Shown in pieces: positions 35,507 through 45,137 of a stretch of 64,000 bases of DNA. The notes beneath the pieces are model-generated. The model was given only the letters and a program-made list of their open reading frames with translations. It did not search any database and was not told where the DNA came from. The stretch covers positions 69,397 to 133,396 of the forward strand of contig CAXBCP010000004.1 of the NCBI GenBank assembly GCA_963974055.1, written 5' to 3'. How positions within the stretch are numbered: position 1 is the first letter of the stretch; each line of letters starts with the position of its first letter. Position numbers and translations under genes: made by a program. This DNA comes from an uncultured Rhodospirillaceae bacterium. Its GTDB lineage: Bacteria > Pseudomonadota > Alphaproteobacteria > MPNO01 > UBA830.

Positions 35507-36748
35507 CTAGACGAGAGCGGCCGCCTGTTCCGTTTGCCAGACATCGCGCAGCAGCCGCCGGTCGGGCGTTATTTCGCGACCCTGCCGGTATACCATGGCA
35601 GGTACGAGCCTCTCATCGACGCTGAGGATTTCGCCTTCGGCGTCGGGCAGGTCCCATTTTCCGGCGACCGGGTCCAGCACGGTAATATCTGCGCGGGATC
35701 CGATACCGAGCGTGCCGATTTCGTTTTCTTCCTGCAGGATCTTGGCCGGGTTCACGGTCACGCGGCGGATCACGTCTGCGAGCGGCATGCCCAGTGCATT
35801 CAGACGGGTCATCGCGCCGCACAGGCTGTAATCCAGCAGGCTGTCGTCATGGTAGCTGTTGAAATCGGCATGGACGTCGCTCCCGATCGTGTTCGGGAAC
35901 AGTTTCGCGGCCATCATGGCGCGCGCGATGCGATAGCTGAAATTGACGCCGTAGCCGATATCGAAATGGACGCCGCGCTCGTAGGCTTCCAGCACGACGT
36001 CGGGGACCTTGTCCCCCGGACCCATGATCCCGTCCGGCATGCAGCTATAGACGTGGGCGACGGTGTCGCCGGGACGGACCAGCGGTAATACACGTTCCAT
36101 CACCGTTTCGGGACGCGGCCTGTTGGGCTCGTCCACGGGAAACAGTTCGCCAGTGTGAATGTATAGCGGCAGGCCGGTCACGTCGCCCGCTTCGACCGCC
36201 ATCTCCAGCACATCGGTTTCCCAGAACGAAAACCCGCCGGATTCGCCGTGCGATTTGATGCCTTTGACGAGGTCGGGATAATCGGCCTGTGCCTCGACAA
36301 TCGCTTCGACGCGCATCATGCCGGGATTGTGGAGCACCGTCCCTTCCATGCCGCCCATGAGGGCGCCCGCGAGGTTGGCGGAAACGAAACTGCGCACGTC
36401 GGTTTCCGCAGGGTCGGCGATATAGGCCTTGAACCCGCCGACGGTCCACGGCCCCGCACTGCCCTGGTCTATGATCGTTGTCGCGCCGGAATGCACGCCG
36501 GCTTCGTCCGCGGGGAGCCCGAAATTGGTGACCCATTCATAGACATGAACGTGCATGTCTATCAGGCCGGGGCAGACGATTTTGCCCGTCGCGTCGTATG
36601 TGTTCTTTGCCTGGTGCGCCGGCAACTCCGTCGCGACGGCGGCAATACGGCCGTCGGTCACGGCGACCTGCGCGGGACCGTCCAGTTCGCCGGCGGGGTC
36701 GATGACGCGGCCGCCGGTAATCACGAGATCGTATAGAGGCATGGTCAT
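35507..36748 (-). CDS. Metal-dependent amidohydrolase (dihydroorotase/D-aminoacylase-like)
   Basis: DMHVHV metal-binding His pair, 413 aa. Confidence 0.65.
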   Translation of the reverse strand: MTMPLYDLVITGGRVIDPAGELDGPAQVAVTDGRIAAVATELPAHQAKNTYDATGKIVCPGLIDMHVHVYEWVTNFGLPADEAGVHSGATTIIDQGSAGPWTVGGFKAYIADPAETDVRSFVSANLAGALMGGMEGTVLHNPGMMRVEAIVEAQADYPDLVKGIKSHGESGGFSFWETDVLEMAVEAGDVTGLPLYIHTGELFPVDEPNRPRPETVMERVLPLVRPGDTVAHVYSCMPDGIMGPGDKVPDVVLEAYERGVHFDIGYGVNFSYRIARAMMAAKLFPNTIGSDVHADFNSYHDDSLLDYSLCGAMTRLNALGMPLADVIRRVTVNPAKILQEENEIGTLGIGSRADITVLDPVAGKWDLPDAEGEILSVDERLVPAMVYRQGREITPDRRLLRDVWQTEQAAALV

Positions 36749-36770
36749 CGTCCGACCCTTCGTTGGTTCG

Positions 36771-37601
36771 CTATCGGTCTTCGCTGCTGAAGATGTAATT
36801 CATAATATATTCCACCAACATCAGGATGAGGAACAAAAGCATACCGACGGCGAGAAGGAAGACGATCGCCGCGAGCGCCAGGGCAGTTTCGAGGCTGGAG
36901 GATGCAAAGCTGATCAGGTAGCCGATACCCGACTGGGCCGTGACGAATTCGCCGACGATAACGCCGATAATCGCCAGGGTCAGGCCGATCCGCATGCCTG
37001 TGAAGATGTGCGGCAACGCAAAAGGAAACCGGACCCGGAACAGGATCTGCCACCTGGTCGCCGTCAGCGAATCGCATAGCCGGACGAAATACGGATTGGT
37101 GTTCATCAGACCGGTGGAGGATGACACGACGATCGGGAACAGCGACAGACACATGGCATAGGCCAGGCGCGATTCGGACCCGAGGCCGAACCAGAGGACG
37201 AAAAGCGGCGCCAGTGCAATCGTCGGAATCAGCTGGAACAGGACCAGGTTTGGATACAGCATCTCCCGCGCGATGCGCGAGACGGTGATGAGCATCGCGA
37301 GCCCGACCCCGCAGAACGCGGCGAGGGCGAATCCCGCCAGGCATTCGAAAAACGTCTGTTGGGCATGGCCGTACATGAAGCCGCTTTGCATCAACAGCAT
37401 GTCGAGGACATCCGACGGCGGCGGCAGGACGACGCTCGGAAATATCTTCGCATCGACAACGTAGTTCCAGCCCCAGAGCACCAGCAGGAGGGTTCCGACC
37501 GGCAGCGCGATTTTGCGCATCACGACGGCGCGCTCCTGCACGCTGCCAAAGGCGGAACCGATGCCGGCGATCAACGATGCGCTGCGGGGTATGCTTGCCA
37601 T
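36771..37601 (-). CDS. ABC transporter permease, NitT/TauT (SsuC/TauC) family
   Basis: EAA-loop region and 6 TM helices. Confidence 0.8.
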   Translation of the reverse strand: MASIPRSASLIAGIGSAFGSVQERAVVMRKIALPVGTLLLVLWGWNYVVDAKIFPSVVLPPPSDVLDMLLMQSGFMYGHAQQTFFECLAGFALAAFCGVGLAMLITVSRIAREMLYPNLVLFQLIPTIALAPLFVLWFGLGSESRLAYAMCLSLFPIVVSSSTGLMNTNPYFVRLCDSLTATRWQILFRVRFPFALPHIFTGMRIGLTLAIIGVIVGEFVTAQSGIGYLISFASSSLETALALAAIVFLLAVGMLLFLILMLVEYIMNYIFSSEDR

Positions 37602-37607
37602 GTACAG

Positions 37608-38534
37608 TTACTGCCCGAACCAGCGTTTGACGAGCCATGTGCCCAGTTCCACAAGGCCATAGAAAATCAGGCCGATGAAACACAGCATGAGCACGGCGGC
37701 CAACATCAGGTCGATGTCGGAACGCCCCGCCGAGATCAGAATGACATAACCCAGGCCTTGCTGGGATGTGATGAATTCGCCGACAATCACGCCGATCATG
37801 GCCAGCGTGATGCTGATTTTCATCGCGCTGAAAAGGTAAGGAAGCGAATACGGAAAACGTACATACACCAGCATTTGCCATTTGTTTGCCGTCAGCGCCC
37901 GGCAGAGTTTCAGCATTGACGGGTCGGTATTGGAAAGCCCGGCGGTCATGCTGATGATGATCGGGAAAATGCTGATAAAAGTGGCAAAGCCGAGCCGCGA
38001 TTCCATGTCGATACCGAGCCACAGAACGAACATCGGCGCCCAGGCGACCTTGGGCACGATCTGGAACGCAATGATATTGGGATAGAACGCTTCCTTCAGG
38101 GAAAGCGACCATGTCATCGCGACCGAAATTGCAATACCGGCGATCAGTGCAATGGCAAATCCCCCCAGTGCCACGCCTGCGGTCGCGGGTACGTTTTCGA
38201 GCAGAAGGATACGGTTTTCGACCAGCGAAACCAGAATTGCTGTTGGTGCTGGCAATATCGACGGCGGGTAATTCGTCACCCAGACAATAAATTCCCACAG
38301 CGCGAGCACGGCAAGACCAAATGCCGCCGGCAGAACAAAAGGGCGAATCTGCTGGAACCGGCCGGCAAAACCGGAAAAGGCCGGAGGGATGGCGTCGGCG
38401 GGCGAGTTGGTTGCGGGGGCGCCGGTATCCGCGACGGCCGACCGTACGCCGGGACTGTCTTCGCCGGAACGGGCTGCCGGCGTGTCGGCGGCTAGGGTGT
38501 CGAGATCCGAGACGGTGATGGCGTGGGTGTTCAT
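37608..38534 (-). CDS. ABC transporter permease, NitT/TauT family (second, with N-terminal extension)
   Basis: Paralogous to adjacent permease. Confidence 0.8.
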   Translation of the reverse strand: MNTHAITVSDLDTLAADTPAARSGEDSPGVRSAVADTGAPATNSPADAIPPAFSGFAGRFQQIRPFVLPAAFGLAVLALWEFIVWVTNYPPSILPAPTAILVSLVENRILLLENVPATAGVALGGFAIALIAGIAISVAMTWSLSLKEAFYPNIIAFQIVPKVAWAPMFVLWLGIDMESRLGFATFISIFPIIISMTAGLSNTDPSMLKLCRALTANKWQMLVYVRFPYSLPYLFSAMKISITLAMIGVIVGEFITSQQGLGYVILISAGRSDIDLMLAAVLMLCFIGLIFYGLVELGTWLVKRWFGQ

Positions 38535-38546
38535 CGGTTGACCATA

Positions 38547-39359
38547 TTAGGCGGCTTTGGCGCCCGCGTTTTCCTGCTCGCTGATCTTGTTTCTCAGGTA
38601 AGCGCAGATTTCGTTAAATTCGGGGCTGCCCGTAATGGCGAAATCCCGGGGACGCGGGAATGGAATTGTCAGGTCGGCGACGATGCGTCCCGGTCGTGCG
38701 CTCATGACGAGCACGCGGTCGGACAGAAAGACCGATTCACGGATGCTGTGGGTCACGAACAGGCCCGTCTTGCGGAATTCCTGCCACATGTCGACCAGGA
38801 CCTCGTTCATTTCGTCGCGGGTAATCGCGTCGAGCGCGCTGAAGGGTTCATCCATCAGCAACAGCGACGGATCGTAGACAAGTGCGCGGCAGATCGCGAC
38901 GCGCTGGCGCATGCCGCCGGAGAGCTGGCCTGGCTTCTTGTCGAGAAAATCGCCCAGGCCAACGCGGGTCAGAAGATTGATCGCGGTCTCGCGATACTCT
39001 TCGGCGGGCCTTTTTAAAATCTTGATCGGAAACATGACGTTTTCGAGGGTCGTCTTCCATGGCAGGAGAGTGGAGTCCTGGAACATCAGGCCGATATCTT
39101 CCCGTGTTCCCTCCATCGGTTTTCCGCCCACGTCGATCCGGCCGGTCGTCATGGGTTCGAGCCCCGCGACCATCATCAGCAACGTGCTTTTGCCGCAGCC
39201 GCTGGGCCCGAGAAGCGAGACGAACTCGCCTTCCCGGACCCGGCAGTGTACTTCAGACAGCGCTTCTACCTGTTTCGGTCCGGGATTGTATATCTTCCGT
39301 ACACCGTCAACGTTCACATAGGCGTCTGCCCGTGAAATGGTAGAAGTCGTCTGTGTCAT
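38547..39359 (-). CDS. ABC transporter ATP-binding protein, NitT/TauT family
   Basis: Walker A GPSGCGKST, signature LSGGMRQR, Walker B LLMDEP. Confidence 0.85.
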   Translation of the reverse strand: MTQTTSTISRADAYVNVDGVRKIYNPGPKQVEALSEVHCRVREGEFVSLLGPSGCGKSTLLMMVAGLEPMTTGRIDVGGKPMEGTREDIGLMFQDSTLLPWKTTLENVMFPIKILKRPAEEYRETAINLLTRVGLGDFLDKKPGQLSGGMRQRVAICRALVYDPSLLLMDEPFSALDAITRDEMNEVLVDMWQEFRKTGLFVTHSIRESVFLSDRVLVMSARPGRIVADLTIPFPRPRDFAITGSPEFNEICAYLRNKISEQENAGAKAA

Positions 39360-39394
39360 ACTTTTCGTCCTGCTGAGTTTAAATGCTCACCGTT

Positions 39395-40534
39395 TTACGA
39401 AAGCACGGCCGCATAGCTTTTGGCATATGCGTCGACCTTGGCCATTTCCTCCGGCGTAAACTTGAACCGGTTGGTGATATGCTCAAGGTGAAGCATCGAA
39501 TCCAGCGCCGGCGCCTTTTCGCCGGGTTTGGCGACATACTTCATGATCATTTCGGTCATCTTCTTGTAGGAGTCCATGTTGATGCTCCCCATGCCCGTCG
39601 CGGCGACTTCAGGCCGGTTGTTGACATGCGCGAACAGCCCGGTTTCCAGCTTCAGAGCTTCTTTCTTGCTCTTGGTCAGACCGGCTTCCGGGAAGGCCCG
39701 GATGAAGATTTCGTTGGCTTCATCGGGGTTCAGCATCGTGAACATGATGGCTTCGACGAGTGCATCGGTAACCGCGGCGCACAGGCCCGGATCCTTGGCA
39801 TACATTTCGGGCTGCGTGATCAGCATGTAGCCATAGAACGGCATGTCGTAATTGTCGTACAGGAACCAGCCGACGTCATATCCCTTCGATTTGACATCGG
39901 GGGCGACCGACGACGCGAAGCAGGAGATGCAGTCCACTTTCTTCTGCAGCAATACGCCGGTGCGGATCTTGTTGTCGACCTGGACCACGTTGACCTTGTC
40001 GAAGTCGAATCCCGCTTTTTCGCCGAACAGCGGCAGGAAGGGGAATTCGCCGGATTTGACGACGGAGCCCATTTTCTTGCCTTCGAGGTCTTTCGGCGAC
40101 TTGATGCCCGAAGACCGGAGATAGCCGACGCCCATCGACGAACTGTAGCTCAGGCAGGCGAGGTGGGCGAGCCCGAGGCCCTTGACGACCTGGAGATAGG
40201 CGGCGGGCGCAGCCGAAATGCCGAAATCGAACTTGCCCTGTCCGACGGCCTGCGCCGACGCAACGGAGCCGAAGCCGCGGCTGCTGGTCGCCTTGATCCC
40301 GTGTTTCTTGAAAAAACCCTTCGCGATCGCGACCTGGACCCACTGGCTGCCGCCATTCGGAATCCAGGACTCCGTAAACGTGATGCTTTTCTCGCTCTGG
40401 GCGGCAAACACCTGCGACGCCGATCCGAAGGTCGACGCGGCGGTCGCCGCGATCGCCGTGCCTGCTGCCGATTTGACGAAAGACCGCCTGTCGAGCGTGC
40501 TGCTGAACTTCGACTTATCCGTTTTGCGTGTCAT
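39395..40534 (-). CDS. Periplasmic substrate-binding protein, NMT1/THI5 (SsuA/TauA-like), Tat-type signal
   Basis: Start set at internal Met (MTRKTDKSKFSSTLDRRSFVKSAAGTAIAATAAS twin-Arg motif). Confidence 0.7.
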   Translation of the reverse strand: MTRKTDKSKFSSTLDRRSFVKSAAGTAIAATAASTFGSASQVFAAQSEKSITFTESWIPNGGSQWVQVAIAKGFFKKHGIKATSSRGFGSVASAQAVGQGKFDFGISAAPAAYLQVVKGLGLAHLACLSYSSSMGVGYLRSSGIKSPKDLEGKKMGSVVKSGEFPFLPLFGEKAGFDFDKVNVVQVDNKIRTGVLLQKKVDCISCFASSVAPDVKSKGYDVGWFLYDNYDMPFYGYMLITQPEMYAKDPGLCAAVTDALVEAIMFTMLNPDEANEIFIRAFPEAGLTKSKKEALKLETGLFAHVNNRPEVAATGMGSINMDSYKKMTEMIMKYVAKPGEKAPALDSMLHLEHITNRFKFTPEEMAKVDAYAKSYAAVLS

Positions 40535-40883
40535 CCGGAACTCCTCTGTTAAATACATCGGCGCCAGATCCTTCCGGTCGCCGTCGACCGGTGGCCTGTG
40601 CTCGATCGTTACTACGCAATTTTCGTGCCAACTCAGCTGAGAGCCTGAATCCCGCCGATTCCGATTTGGACGGTCCGGTGCGGAAACGCAAAGGCGTGCC
40701 GAACTGCACAGAAAATGCGCGTTCGCCGCTCAATTAGGCAGGCGCTGCCCGTAAATCGTCCGGTATTCGGCGGCGGTGGCGGTGGAAACGAATGGTCCAG
40801 GTGGCATGGTTATTGCAAGCCTTTCCCGGGTCGCCGCCATTCCGGGATCGTCCGGTATCCGCGGCATTATCCGGAGTATCGTC

Positions 40884-42407
40884 ATGTCCAGTCAGAATGC
40901 CGGCGCCGACACGCTTACCTGCCTGGCGGGCGGCACCGTTTACACTTTCGACGGGGAAAGCCGGGTTATCGAGGGCGGCGAGGTCTGGATGTCGGGCGCG
41001 CGCATCGTTGCGGTAGGGGCGGCCGGAAGCTTTCCGGCGCCGCATGACCGTGTAGAGCGCATCGACGTTTCGGGTCGCATGGTCATCCCGGGGCTGATCA
41101 ACGCCCACACCCATTCCTATTCGGCATTACTGAAGGGCTCGGTCGAAAGCGAGCCGCTGGATATCTACATGTTGTCGGTCATTGCGTCCGGCGCGGCGAT
41201 GACCCCGCGGGAAATCTATGTCAGCGCGCAGCTCGACGCGTTGGCGATGATGCATACCGGGGTGACCGCAGCAATAGATCACTATTCGGAACGGCCGGCT
41301 CTGTCCGCCGACGGTCTGGGCGCGGTATGCGCGGCGTTCGAGGATATAGGCATGCGGGCAACCGTCGCGACGATGTTCGCGGACCGGCCCTATATCGATA
41401 CGGTGCCGGTCGACCGGGACGCCTTGCCGCCGGAAATCGTCGCCGCTGCCGCAGCCCATGCAGCGCCCGACGCCGCTGCCTATTTCGACATCATGGAAGC
41501 CGCCGTGTCCGGCGAGAAGGAAGATGCGCGTGTCCGGGTGATCCTGGGGGTCGACGGCCCGCAACGCTGCTCCGACCTGTTGATGGAAATGACCGGCGAC
41601 TTTCAGCAGCGGCATCGTTGCGGCCTGCATACCCACATGCTGGAAACCAAGACCCAGGCGGCCATGCGGTCCGCCGGCGGTCCCGGTTTCGTGCGGCGTA
41701 TGGCCGATCTCGGCATCCTCGACGACAAATCGTCTCTCGTGCATTTCGTCTGGTCGGACGAGGAGGATATCGCCGCTGCCGCCGATTCCGGCGTGACCGT
41801 CGTGCACTCGCCTTCTTCAAACGCCATGCTCGGCGCAGGCATAGCACCTGTTCTGCGCCTGCGGGCGGCCGGCATTCCCGTCGCCTATGGAACCGACGGT
41901 TCCAATTGCGGCCCGCCGGCGCTGCTCGAGAGCATGCGCCTGGGCTGTTATCTGATGCGTCTGACGGACCCTGAATTCGAATCCTGGCCCGATGCCCGCA
42001 CGGTTCTCGGCGAAGGGTATGCCGCCGGCGCCAGGGCGGTTGGCCGGGCGGGGGAAATCGGCGTCCTCGAGGCGGGCGCACGCGCCGACATCGCGGTGTT
42101 GAAGCCGGTCGATTACTGGCACCGCCCGATGGGCGATCCCTACCGGCATTTGCTGTACTACGAAAACGGCGCATCGACCGAACACGTTTGGGTCGATGGC
42201 CGGCAGGTGGTGGAATCGGGCCGTGTGACGACGATCGACGAAACGGCCCTGATCGCCGAGGCCACGGAAATCGCGGCGCGTCGGCGGAGCGGGACATCCG
42301 CCGCGGCAATGGCGGCGGTCGATGCGCAATACCCCGCCTTCCGGAAGATGATCCTGGACAACTTCACGAACGATATCGGGATCGACCGTCGCGTCACCCT
42401 TGGCTAA
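40884..42407 (+). CDS. TRZ/ATZ-family amidohydrolase (chlorohydrolase/aminohydrolase, guanine/cytosine-deaminase-like)
   Basis: INAHTHS metal motif, HTHMLETK, start refined to MSSQNAG (aa offset 36, GGAG RBS). Confidence 0.7.
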   Translation: MSSQNAGADTLTCLAGGTVYTFDGESRVIEGGEVWMSGARIVAVGAAGSFPAPHDRVERIDVSGRMVIPGLINAHTHSYSALLKGSVESEPLDIYMLSVIASGAAMTPREIYVSAQLDALAMMHTGVTAAIDHYSERPALSADGLGAVCAAFEDIGMRATVATMFADRPYIDTVPVDRDALPPEIVAAAAAHAAPDAAAYFDIMEAAVSGEKEDARVRVILGVDGPQRCSDLLMEMTGDFQQRHRCGLHTHMLETKTQAAMRSAGGPGFVRRMADLGILDDKSSLVHFVWSDEEDIAAAADSGVTVVHSPSSNAMLGAGIAPVLRLRAAGIPVAYGTDGSNCGPPALLESMRLGCYLMRLTDPEFESWPDARTVLGEGYAAGARAVGRAGEIGVLEAGARADIAVLKPVDYWHRPMGDPYRHLLYYENGASTEHVWVDGRQVVESGRVTTIDETALIAEATEIAARRRSGTSAAAMAAVDAQYPAFRKMILDNFTNDIGIDRRVTLG

Positions 42408-42408
42408 C

Positions 42409-42424
42409 GCCGGTTTTTGCCGGC
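42409..42424. terminator. Short GC stem with T-run loop (GCCGG-TTTTTG-CCGGC) between convergent genes
   Basis: Read directly in the 24-bp gap between amidohydrolase and LysR stops. Confidence 0.25.
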
Positions 42425-42431
42425 ACGCCTG

Positions 42432-43346
42432 TCACGATTGCGTGGCGGCGCGGATTTGCGCCATGCCATCGACGATATGCTCTGCGAAGACGGCGGGTGC
42501 GACCGGCAGGTTGCGCCCCCGCAACTGGCCGAGCACCAGGTTTGCCGCGGGTGTGTCGCGCCGGTCGATGGCCCGCACGACGATGTCCGAGCCGACCCCG
42601 GGCGCCACGGCGCCGACTTCGATCTGGAAGGATACAAGGCCCGAATGGATCACCGAGCGGCGCAACATCTCGAACGAGTTCGATTCGACCGCGACCTGAA
42701 ACTGTATGCCGGTCCGGGCCGAAAACGCTTCCAGCAATTGACGTCCGCCGGTCGAACGGTCGGGCAGGGCTGCCGGAAAGGCCGCGCAACGGCGCAGACG
42801 CAGCGGCGATTCGGCAGCGAGCGGATGGTCGTGCGGTACCAGCGCGACAAGGCGTTGCTCCAGCGAAGCCAGTTGCTGGAACTGCATCAGTGGAACCGGG
42901 CTGAAAACGAGTACGAGGTCGACTTCGTAGGATGCGAGCGCCCGCTCCGCCTGTTCGTGGTCGACGACGCGGACTTCGAAATCGACCAGGGGGTAGTCCC
43001 GCCGGAACCTGCCGATCGCTTCGGGCATGAATTCCAGGGCGACGGCCTGGCTGCAGGCAATCCGGACGTGGCCGCGGCGCAGGCCCTTCAGGTCTTCGAT
43101 CCCGGATCGGAGCCGTTCGGCCTCGGCAAGCTGGTGGCGGGCATGTCCGACAAAAAGCTCTCCGGCTGCGGTCAGGCGCATGCCGCGTGCCGTACGTTCG
43201 AACAGTTTTGCATCCAGCTCCGCTTCGAGATCCTGTATCCGCCGCGTTAATGCCGATGCAGTGAAATTCAGCTGTTCCGCCGCCCGTCGTACCGATCCGG
43301 CGCGCGCGACGGTATCGACCAGTTCCAGAACCCGCATATGGCGCAT
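42432..43346 (-). CDS. LysR-family transcriptional regulator
   Basis: N-terminal HTH (VRRAAEQLNFTASALTRRIQDLE); start at MRHMRV (alt 43337). Confidence 0.8.
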   Translation of the reverse strand: MRHMRVLELVDTVARAGSVRRAAEQLNFTASALTRRIQDLEAELDAKLFERTARGMRLTAAGELFVGHARHQLAEAERLRSGIEDLKGLRRGHVRIACSQAVALEFMPEAIGRFRRDYPLVDFEVRVVDHEQAERALASYEVDLVLVFSPVPLMQFQQLASLEQRLVALVPHDHPLAAESPLRLRRCAAFPAALPDRSTGGRQLLEAFSARTGIQFQVAVESNSFEMLRRSVIHSGLVSFQIEVGAVAPGVGSDIVVRAIDRRDTPAANLVLGQLRGRNLPVAPAVFAEHIVDGMAQIRAATQS

Positions 43347-43381
43347 GCGTCTCTCCTTGATTGCTGAATGCCATGAAATAG

Positions 43382-43402
43382 AGCGTTGCTGTTTTGGCAA
43401 CG
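43382..43402. promoter_or_regulatory. Perfect 7-bp inverted repeat GCGTTGC-N7-GCAACGC upstream of LysR gene in divergent intergenic region; candidate LTTR operator
   Basis: Read directly; second palindrome AGGAG-TCAT-CTCCT at 43424..43437. Confidence 0.3.
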
Positions 43403-43544
43403 CATTGGAAGAATTATAGCATTAGGAGTCATCTCCTTGCATTCCTAGAATTACCGTCGCCGACGCATCTGATCGAAGGTGTCCGAGGTGGGTAGTGCCG
43501 TGTATTTCTTATTATTATCAATATATTAGAGGAATCGTCGGAGA

Positions 43545-44294
43545 ATGTCCGACCAAGCCGATCGCCATATGAGTTTTGTCCGGCCCCTTCCGGTGCCCCG
43601 GCTGGCGACGTTTGCGGCGGATCCCGCGCCGGTCGATGTCGATCTCGCCCGTTCGGCGCTGGTGATCGTCGATATGCAGAACGATTTTATTCATCCCGAC
43701 GGCTGGTTTCCGGCAAGCGGGATCGATCCCGCGCCGCTATCTGCGGCCGTCCCGGCGGTTGCCGTCCTGGCGGATACCGCGCGCCGTGCCGGTATGCCGG
43801 TCGTCTGGGTCAATTGGGGCGTGCGTCCCGACCGTGCCAATCTGCCGGACAGTTTCGTTGCGCGGGCCGCGAATGACGGCGCCCGTCCGACATATGCCGA
43901 TCCGTCTCCGGCGGGGCAGGGACGAATCCTCGTTCGCGGCGACTGGGGCGCGGACGTCATAGACGAATTGCCGGTCGGCCCCGCGGACCTTGTCGTCAGC
44001 AAGCACCGCCCCAGCGGGTTTCCGGATACGGAACTGGACAGCGTGTTGCGCCTGCGCGATCTGACCACGCTGTTTTTCGCCGGTGTGAACATCGACCGCT
44101 GCGTCCTGGCGACCCTGATCGATGCGAGCGCGCGCGGCTATGACTGTGTGCTGGTCGCGGACGCCTGCGCCACATCGTCGCCGCCGCATGTCACCGATGC
44201 CGTCTGCCACATCGTCCGGCTGCTCTACGGCGTGACGGCCAATTCATCCGATATCTGCCCCGCCATTGCGGGCGCGACAGCCGGCAAAAGTTAA
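43545..44294 (+). CDS. Isochorismatase-like cysteine hydrolase (biuret-hydrolase BiuH-like family)
   Basis: LVIVDMQNDF Asp, conserved Lys, catalytic Cys in NIDRCVLATLIDA. Confidence 0.75.
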   Translation: MSDQADRHMSFVRPLPVPRLATFAADPAPVDVDLARSALVIVDMQNDFIHPDGWFPASGIDPAPLSAAVPAVAVLADTARRAGMPVVWVNWGVRPDRANLPDSFVARAANDGARPTYADPSPAGQGRILVRGDWGADVIDELPVGPADLVVSKHRPSGFPDTELDSVLRLRDLTTLFFAGVNIDRCVLATLIDASARGYDCVLVADACATSSPPHVTDAVCHIVRLLYGVTANSSDICPAIAGATAGKS

Positions 44295-44320
44295 ACGACA
44301 CGAACGGGAAAACGAAAAGC

Positions 44321-45115
44321 ATGGATCTCAATCTGAAAGACCGGGTGGCCATCATCACCGGCCCCGCGAAGGGCATGGGCGCCGCGGTGAGCCGGCAGTT
44401 CGCGGCCGAGGGCTGCAGGCTTGTCCTGATCGGCCGCGACACGGCGGCGATCGAGCCGGTTGCGGACGAGGTGCGCAGCAAAGGCGGCGAAGCCGTGATC
44501 GGCGCCTGCGACATTACCGATTCCGACGCCTGCGAACAGGCGGCGGCCCTTGCCCGCGAGAGCTTCGGCGGGCGCATCGACATCCTCGTCAATATCGCCG
44601 GCGGGTCGGGGCCCATCGGCAAGACCGGGGCGGAAACGACCGCGGCGGAATTCGACGAGATCGTGACGCTCAACGTCAATGGCTGCTTCCATACCATACG
44701 CGCCGTCGCGCCGACGATGATCGACCAGAAATTCGGCAAAATCGTCAATGTCGGCGGCACTTTCGGGATGCGCGGGCGGGCCGGACGGCTCGCCTATTCG
44801 TCGTCGAAATGGGGATTGCGCGGCGTCACCAAGAGCTTCGCGCTCGAACTCGGGCCGAGCAATATCAACGTGAACTATGTCGCGCCGGGCATGGTCGACG
44901 GCCCCCGCTTCCGCGACAAGGTGTGCGCAAACATGGCGAAGCAGCGCGGTATCACGCCGGAAGAAGCGGCCGCCATACATGCAGAGGATTACGCCCTGCG
45001 CCGCATCACCCAGGATACGGATGTCGCGAATGCGTGCCTGTTCTTCGCCAGCGATGTATCGCGCCAGATCACGGGCGCGGATCTCGCCGTCGACGGCGGC
45101 TGGGCGTCTCTCTGA
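44321..45115 (+). CDS. SDR-family oxidoreductase
   Basis: ITGPAKGMG cofactor motif, YSSSK catalytic motif. Confidence 0.85.
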   Translation: MDLNLKDRVAIITGPAKGMGAAVSRQFAAEGCRLVLIGRDTAAIEPVADEVRSKGGEAVIGACDITDSDACEQAAALARESFGGRIDILVNIAGGSGPIGKTGAETTAAEFDEIVTLNVNGCFHTIRAVAPTMIDQKFGKIVNVGGTFGMRGRAGRLAYSSSKWGLRGVTKSFALELGPSNINVNYVAPGMVDGPRFRDKVCANMAKQRGITPEEAAAIHAEDYALRRITQDTDVANACLFFASDVSRQITGADLAVDGGWASL

Positions 45116-45137
45116 AAATCCGGGAAGGAAACGAATT

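Noticed and set aside
40515-40625. Apparent 1-nt disagreement between the ORF-track coordinates or translations and my reading of the printed sequence (a T-run near 40618-40623 and frame positions near 40528-40558)
   Set aside because: Most likely my misreading of a homopolymer in the flat text. I therefore anchored all CDS coordinates to the ORF track by amino-acid offsets, and I did not claim a frameshift or pseudogene.
40535-40883. Direct repeats (CCGATT x2, TCCGG x3) in the 350-bp divergent region between the ABC binding-protein gene and the amidohydrolase
   Set aside because: The repeats are short, imperfectly spaced and GC-rich, and are expected by chance. No clear palindrome was seen.
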